From Phycisphaerae bacterium (GTDB lineage: Bacteria > Planctomycetota > Phycisphaerae > UBA1845 > Fen-1342), in the NCBI GenBank assembly GCA_050115495.1, contig JASFQK010000002.1, forward strand, positions 64,001 through 128,000: a stretch of 64,000 bases of DNA, given 5' to 3'. The notes under the pieces were generated by a model. It was not told the origin of the DNA and searched no databases. It worked only from the letters and a program-made list of their open reading frames with translations. Position 1 is the stretch's first letter; each line of letters starts with the position of its first letter. The position numbers and the translations under genes were made by a program. Below, piece by piece: positions 39,622-49,941 of this stretch.

Positions 39622-41091
39622 ATGGCCATGGCCGAAGCGAACAAAGACGATAAGGCGTCGGCGAAGGCGGTGACATTCACGGAGGTAGAGCAGAAGAAGG
39701 CGCGAGCCTGGTTCGAGAAGGCCGCTGACTGCCGTGAACGCCGCGAGTACGACTACGCCATCGAGTGCATCATCACCGGCCTGGGCTTTTGGCCCGAAGC
39801 GGTCGAGGATGGGCACATGCCCCTACGCTCGCTGGCCATCCAGCGGCAGCAGGTTGGGGGCAAGAAGCCCGGTATGGGCGAGCGGCTGAAGAAGTCGACC
39901 ATCGGTCGCGACCCGAAGCAGTGCATGCTCAACGCCGAGTTCCTGCTGGCCAAGGACCCGACCAACGCCGGCTACGTCGACAGTCTGCTGAAGAACGCCA
40001 CCAAGGCGGGCTACCTGAACACGGTGAACTGGGTGGCCCCCCTGGTGATGGAGTCGCTCAGGCGTGACAAGAAGCCGGATCGCGCCCGCTTCAAGGCCTA
40101 CCGCGCCGCCCTGGTCGAGTCGGCCGAGCGAGCCGACGCGCAGGAAGACATGGTTATGACCTGCCAGTTGTTGCAGGCCGCCGTGGAGTCGCTCGAGTAT
40201 CTGCTGGTGCGCATGCCGGGCGACGAGGACCTGCGCATCGAGCAGCGTGACCTGGCCGGCAAGCTGGCCATCGCCCGCGGCAAGTACGAAGACGCGGACA
40301 CGTTCCGTGACTCGTTGCAGGATGCCGAGCAGCAGAAGCTGCTGCACGACGCCGACCGCTCGAAGCAGGCCGAGGACACGTACGAGGCGGTGGTAGCCGC
40401 GGCCCGCAAGGCCTGGGAGGCCGAGCCGACCGTCCCGAAGGTGATCAACGCCCTGGTCGACGCCCTCCTCCGCCGCGAGGTAGCCAAGGAGGAGAACGAG
40501 GCCGTCGTCGTGCTGATGAAGGCCTACGAGCAGTCGAACGACTACAGCTACAAGGTCCGGGCCGACGACGTGCGCCTGCGGCAACTCGCCCGGCAGACCC
40601 GGCGCGTGCTGGCCCAGGCCCGTGAGTCCGGCGCCGCCGAGGACGCTCAGCAGGCCCGCCTCGCCCGGCTCGAGGAGTTGCAAACCGAGATGGAGGTCTA
40701 CCGCGAGCGCGTGGACAAGTACCCCACCGACCTGCGGCTCAAGTACCGGCTCGGTCGGACCCTGTTCGCGGCGAAGGAATACGACGAGGCGATTCCTGTT
40801 CTCCAGATTGCGCAGGGCGATCCGCGCAGCCGCCGGCAGTGCCAGCTCCTGATCGGCCGTGCGTTTTACGAGAAGCAGGCGCCGGCCCAGGCCGTCGAGG
40901 TGCTGAAGGAGCTGCTCACCGACGACGAGCTTTCCGACGACCAGAGTCGGGAAGCGATGTACTGGCAGGCCCGCGCCCTGGAGGCCGATGGTCGGATCGA
41001 CGATGCCCGGAGCGCCTATGGCAAATTGCTCCGACAGGATTACAACTACGCCGACGGCGACGCCCGCCGGCGTATGGAAGCTCTGAAGTGA
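39622..41091 (+). CDS. Tetratricopeptide repeat protein
   Basis: All-helical; YDYAIE, YPTDLRLKYRLG and AMYWQARALE are TPR-like. Confidence 0.75.
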   Translation: MAMAEANKDDKASAKAVTFTEVEQKKARAWFEKAADCRERREYDYAIECIITGLGFWPEAVEDGHMPLRSLAIQRQQVGGKKPGMGERLKKSTIGRDPKQCMLNAEFLLAKDPTNAGYVDSLLKNATKAGYLNTVNWVAPLVMESLRRDKKPDRARFKAYRAALVESAERADAQEDMVMTCQLLQAAVESLEYLLVRMPGDEDLRIEQRDLAGKLAIARGKYEDADTFRDSLQDAEQQKLLHDADRSKQAEDTYEAVVAAARKAWEAEPTVPKVINALVDALLRREVAKEENEAVVVLMKAYEQSNDYSYKVRADDVRLRQLARQTRRVLAQARESGAAEDAQQARLARLEELQTEMEVYRERVDKYPTDLRLKYRLGRTLFAAKEYDEAIPVLQIAQGDPRSRRQCQLLIGRAFYEKQAPAQAVEVLKELLTDDELSDDQSREAMYWQARALEADGRIDDARSAYGKLLRQDYNYADGDARRRMEALK

Positions 41092-41119
41092 AGACTGGTC
41101 AGTAGCAGAGGAACGTAAC

Positions 41120-41401
41120 GTGGCCCATTCGCTGTCCGCCAAGAAACGCATTCGCCAGAACGAAAAACGGCACGCCATGAACCGTGCCCGGCGAACGGCG
41201 TTGAAAACCAAGATTCGCAAGTGCCGGGAAGAGCTGCTCCGCGGTACGCCGGAGTCCGCCAGCGAGACGCTGTGCGACGCGGCCCGCGCCCTGGACCGGG
41301 CGGCGACCAACGGCACGATTCACCGGAACGCCGCGGCCCGGAAAAAGAGCCGCCTGACGCGCAAGCTGAATACGATGCGCGCCAAAGCCGCCGCTTCCTG
41401 A
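41120..41401 (+). CDS. rpsT: 30S ribosomal protein S20
   Basis: AHSLSAKKRIRQNEKR...IHRNAAARKKSRL; GTG start with GAGG SD. Confidence 0.97.
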   Translation: MAHSLSAKKRIRQNEKRHAMNRARRTALKTKIRKCREELLRGTPESASETLCDAARALDRAATNGTIHRNAAARKKSRLTRKLNTMRAKAAAS

Positions 41402-41674
41402 GCCTGTTCCCGTCGTCGGTTGCCGGCTGGGGTCCGCTTCGGCCCGGAGCGGAGCACGTTTCCGCCGGCGATAGTCCGATAGCTTGCAGCGCTTCGTCTG
41501 AGGGCCGATCACCCGCTCCCAGGGCAGTACCACGGCAGGGGGGACGAACGGGGCCGGGGTGCAGGGTGTGCGCGGTGGACGAAGTCGGACGGGCGCCGGC
41601 AGCCTCTTGCTGTAGCTCGCAGCCCAAGGCGCCGATAGTACCACGCGGACCTTCGCCGGCATGAAGGATTATCG

Positions 41675-43441
41675 TTGCTCAACGTCATCCACGTTACACA
41701 CGAGGCGGTCTACAAGGTCGGTGGCATCGGCACCGTCCTCGAAGGCCTGATCAACAGCCGGCCTTACCGTGAGCAAGTCGGCCGCACCGTTCTCGTCTGC
41801 CCCCTGTTCTATCCGGAGAATACGGAGCGGCTGGGTCCGGGTGGCATTATCGAGTACTCCTCGCTCGACGGTATCTGCGAAGGACCCTACGCCCGCGCCT
41901 TCCAGCAGATCGAGCACGAATTCAACGTGCACCTGGTCTATGGCCGGCGCCCGCTCGAAGACGGCCCCACCGCCCGGCGGAGCCTCTGCGAGGTGCTGCT
42001 CGTCGACCTGCGCGGCATCAACCAGGATCGGCTGAACTACCTCAAGAGCCGGCTCTGGGATCGGTACGGTTTGCAGTCCGACCACTTCCAGCACATCTGG
42101 GAGTACGAGCAGTACGTCCAGGTGGCCGCCCCGGTTGTTCCGGCCATGGAAGCCATGCGCCTGGCCGGCGACGATCAGCCCGCCGTCGTCTTCGCCCACG
42201 AGTTCATGGGCCTGCCGACCGCGCTCGCGCTGGCGGCCCACAACCCCAATCGCTATCGCACGCTCTTCCACGCCCACGAGGCCGCCCCGATCCGCCGCAT
42301 TGTCGAAGCTCACCCCGGCCACGACGTCATGTTCTACAACGCCATGGCGCTCGGCCGGCGCGAGGGGGCCACGCTCGACGACGTGTTCGGCTCGCAGGCT
42401 GACTACTTCAAGTACGCCGTTGTTAACACCGCCCCGTATTGTGATGCGGTCCTGGCGGTCGGGCACCACATCCCCCACGAGCTCGAATTCCAGAACGCGG
42501 CCTTCGCCGACGTCAACGTCGAGCTCGCCTACAACGGGGTGCCCATCGGCCAGGTCAGCCTCGACGAACGCAAGGCCAGCAAGGAGCACCTGCGCGACTA
42601 CTGCGCGGCGATGCTCGGCTGGCGGCCGACCTACGTCTTCACGCACGTCACGCGTCTCGCCGTCAGCAAGGCGCTCTGGCGCGACATGGACGTGCTCGAA
42701 GCGATGGAGCCGGCCCTCGCCGCCCGCGGCGAGACCGCCGTCATGCTTGTTCTGTCCACGGAGTTACCCTCCCGGCCGGCCGGCGACATCCGCCGCATGG
42801 AGTCCGAGTGGGACTGGCCCCTGGCGCATCGCGAAGGCCCGCCCGACCTCACCGGCGGCGAGGCCCGCTACTACACGCGCGTGCAGTCCTTCAACGCCCG
42901 CGCCCGCCACAGTCACCTGATCTACATCAACCAGTTCGGCTTCAGCCGCGAGCGCTGCGGCAACCGCGTGCCGGAAAGCGTCGAGTTCCAGGATCTGCGC
43001 TGCGGCACAGACGCCGAGTTCGGCTTGAGTCTGTACGAGCCGTTCGGCATCTCGCCGCTCGAGCCGCTGACCTTCGGCGCAATCTGCGTGATCAGTACGT
43101 CGTGCGGCTGCGCCGGCTTCGTGAAGCAGGTCGGTGGCCGCCGGGCTATGCCCAACGTCATCCTGGCCGACTACATCCAGGCCGCGGGTAAGATGAAGAC
43201 CGCCGAAGAGGCCCTGGCCATCGGCAAACCGCAGCGTCGTGAAGCGGAACGCAAAGTGGCGGTGGAAGTGGCCCGCGTGCTCATGGATCGCCTGCCGCAC
43301 ACGGTGGCCCAGGAGCGGGATCTGCTGCGCACCGGGTACGGTCTGGCCCGCCGGATGAGTTGGGACGTGGTGGCCGAGACACTCATCTTCCCGGCGATTC
43401 AGAAGGCCTGCGCGCGGCGGCTGCTGCACGTCGTAGCCTAG
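41675..43441 (+). CDS. GT3-like glycogen synthase
   Basis: THEAVYKVGGIGTV resembles the GT3 WEVANKVGGIYTV motif; also AHEFM and SLYEPFGISPLE. Confidence 0.7.
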   Translation: MLNVIHVTHEAVYKVGGIGTVLEGLINSRPYREQVGRTVLVCPLFYPENTERLGPGGIIEYSSLDGICEGPYARAFQQIEHEFNVHLVYGRRPLEDGPTARRSLCEVLLVDLRGINQDRLNYLKSRLWDRYGLQSDHFQHIWEYEQYVQVAAPVVPAMEAMRLAGDDQPAVVFAHEFMGLPTALALAAHNPNRYRTLFHAHEAAPIRRIVEAHPGHDVMFYNAMALGRREGATLDDVFGSQADYFKYAVVNTAPYCDAVLAVGHHIPHELEFQNAAFADVNVELAYNGVPIGQVSLDERKASKEHLRDYCAAMLGWRPTYVFTHVTRLAVSKALWRDMDVLEAMEPALAARGETAVMLVLSTELPSRPAGDIRRMESEWDWPLAHREGPPDLTGGEARYYTRVQSFNARARHSHLIYINQFGFSRERCGNRVPESVEFQDLRCGTDAEFGLSLYEPFGISPLEPLTFGAICVISTSCGCAGFVKQVGGRRAMPNVILADYIQAAGKMKTAEEALAIGKPQRREAERKVAVEVARVLMDRLPHTVAQERDLLRTGYGLARRMSWDVVAETLIFPAIQKACARRLLHVVA

Positions 43442-43537
43442 CCACGGACGGTCCTTCAGCGCGAACCGATAGCGCCCCCCAGACGAAGACAGGAACTGCG
43501 GACTCTCGCCTCGCGCGGGTCGCGATGCGACGGCGGT

Positions 43538-43819
43538 CTAGGCGTACTCGTCGACGTTGGCACCCACGTCGGGTATGACGCGGCCGTCCGCCTGTTCGCC
43601 GTCACCGGGCGGCGCCATCTCTGCCATCTGGTCTTCCATATCGCTCAACAACAGCGCGATGATGGCCGGTGGCATGCTGACGCCTTGCTGCTGCGCCGAC
43701 TCCGGTCCTGTCTGCTCGGTCTGTTCGACTGCCCGCGGTGTTTCGGCTTCCCGCACCGGTTGCGGGGGCACCATGTTGACCACGGGTGTGGCGATAACGG
43801 GGAGGTTTGCGCCGACCAT
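43538..43819 (-). CDS. Small acidic protein with a YjfB-like C-terminal motif
   Basis: Strong GGAGG SD; ends in VGANVDEYA. Confidence 0.55.
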   Translation of the reverse strand: MVGANLPVIATPVVNMVPPQPVREAETPRAVEQTEQTGPESAQQQGVSMPPAIIALLLSDMEDQMAEMAPPGDGEQADGRVIPDVGANVDEYA

Positions 43820-43953
43820 TTGGCACCTCCGTTCTTTAAACGGAAGGCCGTGTCCTTCGAACGGAAGTGTTCAATAGACCGGGGGCGTTCGTCAAAAAGG
43901 TTGTGTAACGTTTCGTTCGGCGGCGCGTCTCCCGTTATCGGGCACGCGGTCGG

Positions 43954-45003
43954 TCAGCTTACCTCGACGAGGATCGTCTTGGAGTAATCCGGGTCGCCGG
44001 CGAAATCGACCGGCAGCGGCAGCCGCTCGACCGTCCGCCAGCGCCGGCCGCACCGACTGGCGACGTTGCCCACAACTTCCTCCAGGCGGGCCACCGTCGT
44101 CTGGCGATGGTTCGTCGCCAGTAGCAGCAGCCCGCCCGGCGATAGCAATCCGACCGCGTCGCCGACGAGCCGTTCGAGGTCCGCCACCAGCGAGAACACA
44201 CGCGTCGGCCGCCGCGTTCGCGAAAACGTCGGTGGATCCAGAATGACCAGGTCAAACTGCCGGCTCTGTCGCTGGGCGCGCCGGCAGTAGTCGAACATGT
44301 CCGTGGCCAGGAACACGTGGTCATCGAGCGGCTGGCCGTTGGCGGCGAGATTGCACTTGCCCCACTCCAGTGATTTCCGCGACACGTCCACGCTGACCGT
44401 TCCGGCCGCACCACCCACCGCCGCCGCCACCGTGAACCCGCACGTGTACGCGAACGCGTTCAGCACGCGCCGGCCGGCGGCCAGTTCGCGCACGCGCCGG
44501 CGGCTCTCGCGATGTTCGAGGAACAACCCCGTCGCGTACCCATCGTAAGGCCGCACGAGGTAGCACAGCCCGCCCTCTCGCACGGGCAGCTCCGGCTCGA
44601 CGGCACTCCCGAGCCACGGTGCCGCATCATGATGCTGCGGCTCCAGACGTTGCAGGGACATGCTGCGATCTCGCGGAAACACCTTGCGATACACGGCCCG
44701 CGCCTTTAGCCGCTCCGCCACGTCAGCACACAACGTGCGCGACAGCTCCTCGTCGGCGGTCCACTGCTCCTCGTGAAGCTGCACGACCAGCACGTCGCCA
44801 AGCTTCTCGATCACCAGCCCGGGCAGACCGTCGGCCGTGCTGTGGCACAGGCGACAGGCCGTCGTCAGCGGATCGGCCAGCAGGGCGGCCCGCCGATCGC
44901 ACGCCTGTTCGAGAAGCTCCCGGCAGCGCGCTTCATCAAGAGGCGGCGCTGCCGGCGGGCGGCGGCCCGTTGCCGGACGGTGTGGTCGGTGGGGACGTTT
45001 CAA
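43954..45003 (-). CDS. RlmI/RlmK-like class I SAM-dependent rRNA methyltransferase
   Basis: DGLPGL, TGLFLEHRE, VLNAFAYTCGF and ILDPPTF. Confidence 0.88.
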   Translation of the reverse strand: MKRPHRPHRPATGRRPPAAPPLDEARCRELLEQACDRRAALLADPLTTACRLCHSTADGLPGLVIEKLGDVLVVQLHEEQWTADEELSRTLCADVAERLKARAVYRKVFPRDRSMSLQRLEPQHHDAAPWLGSAVEPELPVREGGLCYLVRPYDGYATGLFLEHRESRRRVRELAAGRRVLNAFAYTCGFTVAAAVGGAAGTVSVDVSRKSLEWGKCNLAANGQPLDDHVFLATDMFDYCRRAQRQSRQFDLVILDPPTFSRTRRPTRVFSLVADLERLVGDAVGLLSPGGLLLLATNHRQTTVARLEEVVGNVASRCGRRWRTVERLPLPVDFAGDPDYSKTILVEVS

Positions 45004-45032
45004 CGCGGGTTTCTCGTGTTCGCCGCGGGTCG

Positions 45033-46319
45033 CTAGTTGGTCGCGACGCGCAGGACGTGGTACGTGCGCTTGCCCTTGCGCAGGATGACGAACCCGCCGG
45101 GCAGCACGTCCGCTTCGCTGAGGATGTACTCGGCGTCGCGGATCGGCACGTTGTTGACGGAGACGCCGCCGGCGGGAACGTCCTTGCGGGCTCGCCCGCG
45201 CGACGGGTAGAGCTCCGTCTCGGCCAGCAGGGCCACCAGGGCCCCGTCGGGCGTGCTGAGCTTGCCGGCCTCCAGCGTCGTCGTCGGCGCTCCGTGGAAC
45301 GCCTCAGCCAGCTCCTGCGCCGAAAGTTGCCGGTAGTCGGCGTCCTTGGCAAAAAGGACCTCGGTCGCCCGCTGCGCGCGGGTCAGCGCGTCCGGCCCAT
45401 GCACGAGCCGTGTCAGCTCCTCGGCCAGCAGACGCTGTGTGTCACGTCGTTCCGGCGCCGCGGCGGCCGCGCGGGCCGCTTCGTCGATCTCCGCCACCGG
45501 CAGGTCGGTGAAGAACTTCAGGTAGCGCACGACGTCGGCGTCTTCCGTGTTCATCCAGAACTGGTAGAACTGGTAGGGGCTCGTGCGCTGGGCGTCCAGC
45601 CAGACGTTTCCCTCCTCGCTCTTGCCGAATTTCTTGCCGTCGCTGCGGGTGATCAGCGGCATCGTAAGCCCGTACGTCTCGGCACCGCGCAGCCGGCGGA
45701 CGAGGTCGTTGCCCGAGACGATGTTGCCCCACTGGTCCGAGCCGCCCATCTGCAACTGGCAGCCGTACCGATCGTACAGCGCCAGGAAGTCGTACGCCTG
45801 GAGCAGCATGTACGTGAACTCGGTGTACGACAGACCCTGCTCGCGCGTCTCCAGCCGCATGCGCACCGAGTCGCGGGCGATCATCTGGTTCACCGAGAAG
45901 TGCTTGCCCACGTCGCGCAAGAACTCCACCAGGTTCAATTCGCACAGCCACTCGGCGTTGTCCACCAGTACGGCGTCACCCGAGAAGTCGAGGAACTGGC
46001 CGATCTGCCGGCGGATGCCCTCGCGGTTCTCGGCAGCCTTTTCCAGCGTGAGCAGCGTGCGCTCGCTTTCCTTGCCGCTGGGATCGCCGATGAGGCCGGT
46101 GCCGCCGCCGACGAGGCCGATGGGACGATGTCCGGCCCGCTGGAAGCGGCGGAGCGTGACGAGCGGCAGGAGGCTGCCCACGTGCAGGCTGTCCGCGGTG
46201 GGGTCAAAGCCGATGTAGGCGGTGACGCGCTGGCTGCGCAGGAGGTCGGCGAGCGTCGGCGCGGAGGTCTGGTGCACCAGGCCGCGCTGTTGCAGGTCGG
46301 CGAGGAAGTCAGTGTTCAT
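45033..46319 (-). CDS. tyrS: Tyrosine--tRNA ligase
   Basis: YIGFDPTADSLHVGS, LQAYDF, QMGGSDQWGNI, KFGKS and a C-terminal S4-like domain; start MNTDFL. Confidence 0.97.
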   Translation of the reverse strand: MNTDFLADLQQRGLVHQTSAPTLADLLRSQRVTAYIGFDPTADSLHVGSLLPLVTLRRFQRAGHRPIGLVGGGTGLIGDPSGKESERTLLTLEKAAENREGIRRQIGQFLDFSGDAVLVDNAEWLCELNLVEFLRDVGKHFSVNQMIARDSVRMRLETREQGLSYTEFTYMLLQAYDFLALYDRYGCQLQMGGSDQWGNIVSGNDLVRRLRGAETYGLTMPLITRSDGKKFGKSEEGNVWLDAQRTSPYQFYQFWMNTEDADVVRYLKFFTDLPVAEIDEAARAAAAAPERRDTQRLLAEELTRLVHGPDALTRAQRATEVLFAKDADYRQLSAQELAEAFHGAPTTTLEAGKLSTPDGALVALLAETELYPSRGRARKDVPAGGVSVNNVPIRDAEYILSEADVLPGGFVILRKGKRTYHVLRVATN

Positions 46320-46493
46320 AGTCCCGGTATTATACCCCCGAAGACGATGTGACCGAACGGGGCGGCGGCCCCTGCCGAGCACGATTCTGCGCGCTGCCGC
46401 CGCTGGTTCGGATGGATGCCGGCCGTGCCGCGAGCTGCCGGTCCCCTGATACCGGCGCCGTGCGGGTCGACGGCCGGGTGGCCGGGCAACCGT

Positions 46494-46970
46494 CTACTTC
46501 ATGCAGAACATGCCGCGGCCGACCTTGTTCACATCCGGCATCTGGGCGAGCGCGATCCCGACACTCTTGGCGAGCGTCTTGTTGGTCGTGGCGTAGCCGC
46601 TCTTGCGGACGGCGGCCGTGATGTCCTTGACGGCCATGGGGCTCTTCTTGGTCGTGAGCACCCGGGCGATGTGGTCCTTCAGCGAGCCGGAGCGCCGGCC
46701 GCCACCACCAGCCGCAGCCGTGCCACGGCGCCCGCGGCGGACCGAGGCCGAGGCCGCGCCCATGGCGGCCAGAGCACGATCGAGCACCGCGATCTTGGAT
46801 TCGAGCGCGCCGCGCTCGGCGACCAACTGGTCGCGGGCCTGGACGAGGTTGGACATGACGTTGCCCAGGCTCGTCGCCGGTCCGCGGCTACGGGTGCGCC
46901 GGACGCGCTTACGAGCGACCGGTTTCGTGTGCTTGCCTGCTGTCTTTCGACGGCGTTTTGCCTTCGCCAT
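46494..46970 (-). CDS. Highly basic putative DNA-binding protein (basic tail, coiled coil, winged-helix-like domain)
   Basis: K/R-rich N-terminus, heptad segment, and C-terminal SLKDHIARVL..PMAVKDITAAV..SGY...KVGRGMF; GGAG SD. Confidence 0.7.
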   Translation of the reverse strand: MAKAKRRRKTAGKHTKPVARKRVRRTRSRGPATSLGNVMSNLVQARDQLVAERGALESKIAVLDRALAAMGAASASVRRGRRGTAAAGGGGRRSGSLKDHIARVLTTKKSPMAVKDITAAVRKSGYATTNKTLAKSVGIALAQMPDVNKVGRGMFCMK

Positions 46971-47197
46971 AGTTGTGTCTCCACTGTCAGGGTGAGAATT
47001 CCGTCGGTTGCCGGGGACCGCGCGATACGTCCGACAACCGAACTGAAGGGAATCTTAGACAGGCCGTAGCGCTCAAGTCAAGCATGAGACCAGAATGAAA
47101 TGCCGCAAATGCGATATGCTCCATCGTTTCACGGCGAGCGCGCGCTCGCGCCGCCGGACGCTGAGGCCACATGTCGAGGCCGGGCGGCGCACCGCGC

Positions 47198-48320
47198 CTA
47201 GTCGTCGAAATCCCCGCTAACCGCAGCGCTCGGCAGCGGTGCCGGGCGTGAGCACGTGCTGGCCAGCGTCACCGCCCGGCCCTGTTGCGATGACTCCTCC
47301 AGCGCGTGCATGATATCCAGCACATGCCAGGCCATTTCTGCGCTGGCCCGGTGCGGTCGGCCGCGCCGCCACGCCCGAACCATGTCCGCCAGGCCCAGAC
47401 CGCGGCTGTTTTCGGCGTAACCAGGCCGTAGCGGCACCTCGTTCCACGCCGCATCGGCCGCACGACGCACGTGCACCGGCCCGCCGAAGGCATTCGGATC
47501 GGGTGCGCTGAGCGAGCCCTCCGCGCCATGAATCTCCAGCAGCGGCAGGTGGGCATGCCAGATGTCGAAGCTGGTGATGATGGTGGCCAGGGCACCGTCG
47601 ACGAAGTCTAGTGTGCCGGCCACGTGCGTGGGCGTGCGGACGTCGATGGTCCTGCCGCGTAGCGGCTCGCTGGTGATCGTCCGCTGCGGGAAGCTGATGC
47701 GGCTGAAGCCACAGACCCGCCGCACCGGCCCCAGCAGGTGGACCAGGGCCGTCAGATAGTATGGTCCCATATCAAACATGGGCCCGCCGCCCGGCTGATA
47801 ATAGAACTCCGGGGCGGGATGCCAGCCCTCATGCCCGTGGCAGACCATGAACGCCGTCGCCGCCACCGGCCGGCCGATGACGCCCTCGTCGATCAGGTGG
47901 CGGACCGTCTGCCAGCCGGCTCCGAGAAACGTGTCCGGGGCGCAGCCAACCCGCAAGCCGCGCTGGCGGGCTTCCGTCAGGATCTGTTGGCCGTCTTCAC
48001 GCGTGATGGCCAGCGGCTTCTCGTTGTAGACGGACTTACCGGCACGTAACGCCGCCACGGCCACTTCCGCATGCGCTGCGGGCACCGTGAGGTTAAGAAC
48101 CGCCTGGATGTTCGGATCGGCCAGCAGTTCGTCCACACTGCACGCCCGTGGCACGCCGTGCTGGCGGGCCTTCTCCGCCGCCCGCGAGGCGACTAGGTCT
48201 GCACAGGCCACGATTTCGATCGGCGGCAGTTTGCGGGCATTGCTCAGGTAGATGTCGCTGATGTTGCCACAGCCGATCACGCCGACTCGCACCGGTTCTC
48301 CGGTCACGGTTCGCTCCATG
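47198..48320 (-). CDS. Gfo/Idh/MocA family oxidoreductase
   Basis: [22 protein letters not shown] and [10 protein letters not shown]. Confidence 0.9.
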
Positions 48321-48389
48321 GGGGTGGTGATACCACGCCGCCGCACCCTGCGGGAGACGACCAGTCGCGCAGTATACCGAGCCGAGCGC

Positions 48390-49865
48390 CTACCGGCTCA
48401 GGATGTAATGCCCCTCGCGATCCGTCGATGTGCCGGCGGGTTCCGACTCATCCGCGTCGAGCCCAAGCCGGCGAGCGGCTGCGCTCTTGTCGGTGCGGGC
48501 CAGCTCGTGAGCAACCTCACGCAGCCCGCGCAGCGGGTCGTCGCCCACCGGCGGCAGCGTGTCGTTCAAGTGTGAGAACATCTCGTACGTGATGACGATC
48601 TGCCCGTCCGCCGCCCGCCACACTTCGACCAGCCGCCCCTCCTCCGGCCAGTCGAGCGTCGAGCAGGTTTCGATTTCGAGGTAGCCGCCGCGGTCGATGA
48701 CGCGGTTGCGGTGCTTGTGTCCGGCCACGTGTAGCACGACGTTCGGACAAGCGGCCAGCAGCGCGCGCAGCTCTTCGCCTTCTACCTCGACGCCGTATCC
48801 GGAGTACACCGCTTGCGTTGGATGGTGCGAGGCGACGATGACGAGCTCGTCACGGGCGACCGCCGCGTCGAGCTCGCCGCGCAGCCAGTCGCGTTGCGCC
48901 CGTGATAGCGCTCCGTCGTGGTAGAGCTGGCCCGCCAGCCGCGCCGTGCGATCCGTCGTGTCCAGCCCGATCAGCCGCAGCCCTGCCGTCGGGCTGACGC
49001 TGTACCACGTATGTCCGTCGGTGGCGCCGGCGAAGCCATGTCCCGTCGGCTCGGTCGCCGATTCGAAGAGGGCGTCGATGAACTCGGCTTTGCTGAAGTA
49101 GGCGCGAGCTGGATTCGGCGTGACCGGCTCCGGCAACTCGAGCAGGGTGGGAGGGCCGGGATCGGCCGGCGTGATTCGCCCGTGCGTCTCGTCGGCAACG
49201 GGGTCGAGCTCCAGCGGCAGCAGCCAACCCGGCCGCAGCGGCAGCGGCAGAGGGGCCACGCGGTGGCCGTCCGCCCGTTCGTAGATGGGGAAGACGCCGA
49301 TGCCGTGCACGTCGTGGTTGCCGAGGAGGATGTACCAGGGAATCGACGGCAAGTCCCCGTGCACGCCCTGCCGATACAGCCCCTGCGCCTGGAACGGCGC
49401 GTGCGGGTCCAGCTCGGCGGCGGGGCGCTCATCGGCCGGGCGGTCATCCGGACCGGTCAACGGGTCGATGGTTCCGCCGTCCAGGTCGGCGAGCACCCAG
49501 CCCAGCTCGTTGCCCTGCGCGTTGTCGCACGCGTCTCCGGTATGGATGAGAAAGTCGACCGTCCGCCCGCCGGCGTGGATGCGGTTCACCGTGCGGATGA
49601 TCCCGTCGAGAATCTGGGCCGAGTAGCTTTCCTGCGGCCGCCACGCGCTGCTGGCTAGAGCGTTTGCCCCAGGAAACCGGGCAGGCGACTCCTCGTCCAC
49701 GACGTGTGTGTCGGTGATCTGCACGAGCCGGGCGACGAGGGTCAGGTCCGGTTGTTCGTCGGCGGTGCTGTCGCGCGCCGCGAGCAGTATGCCCGGGTCT
49801 GCCTCGCAGCCGAGGTTGACCGCTGTCGCCAGTACGAGAATCCACAGTGTGCGCCATCCGGACAT
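48390..49865 (-). CDS. Calcineurin-like metallophosphoesterase lipoprotein
   Basis: Lipobox-like [23 protein letters not shown] and AGHKH; AAGGAG SD. Confidence 0.82.
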   Translation of the reverse strand: MSGWRTLWILVLATAVNLGCEADPGILLAARDSTADEQPDLTLVARLVQITDTHVVDEESPARFPGANALASSAWRPQESYSAQILDGIIRTVNRIHAGGRTVDFLIHTGDACDNAQGNELGWVLADLDGGTIDPLTGPDDRPADERPAAELDPHAPFQAQGLYRQGVHGDLPSIPWYILLGNHDVHGIGVFPIYERADGHRVAPLPLPLRPGWLLPLELDPVADETHGRITPADPGPPTLLELPEPVTPNPARAYFSKAEFIDALFESATEPTGHGFAGATDGHTWYSVSPTAGLRLIGLDTTDRTARLAGQLYHDGALSRAQRDWLRGELDAAVARDELVIVASHHPTQAVYSGYGVEVEGEELRALLAACPNVVLHVAGHKHRNRVIDRGGYLEIETCSTLDWPEEGRLVEVWRAADGQIVITYEMFSHLNDTLPPVGDDPLRGLREVAHELARTDKSAAARRLGLDADESEPAGTSTDREGHYILSR

Positions 49866-49941
49866 GGGACCACTCCTTGGCAGTCCCCAGTATAGCCGGC
49901 GACGGCGGACGGTTCTCGTCCGCCGCCGTCGGCTCCGTGGC

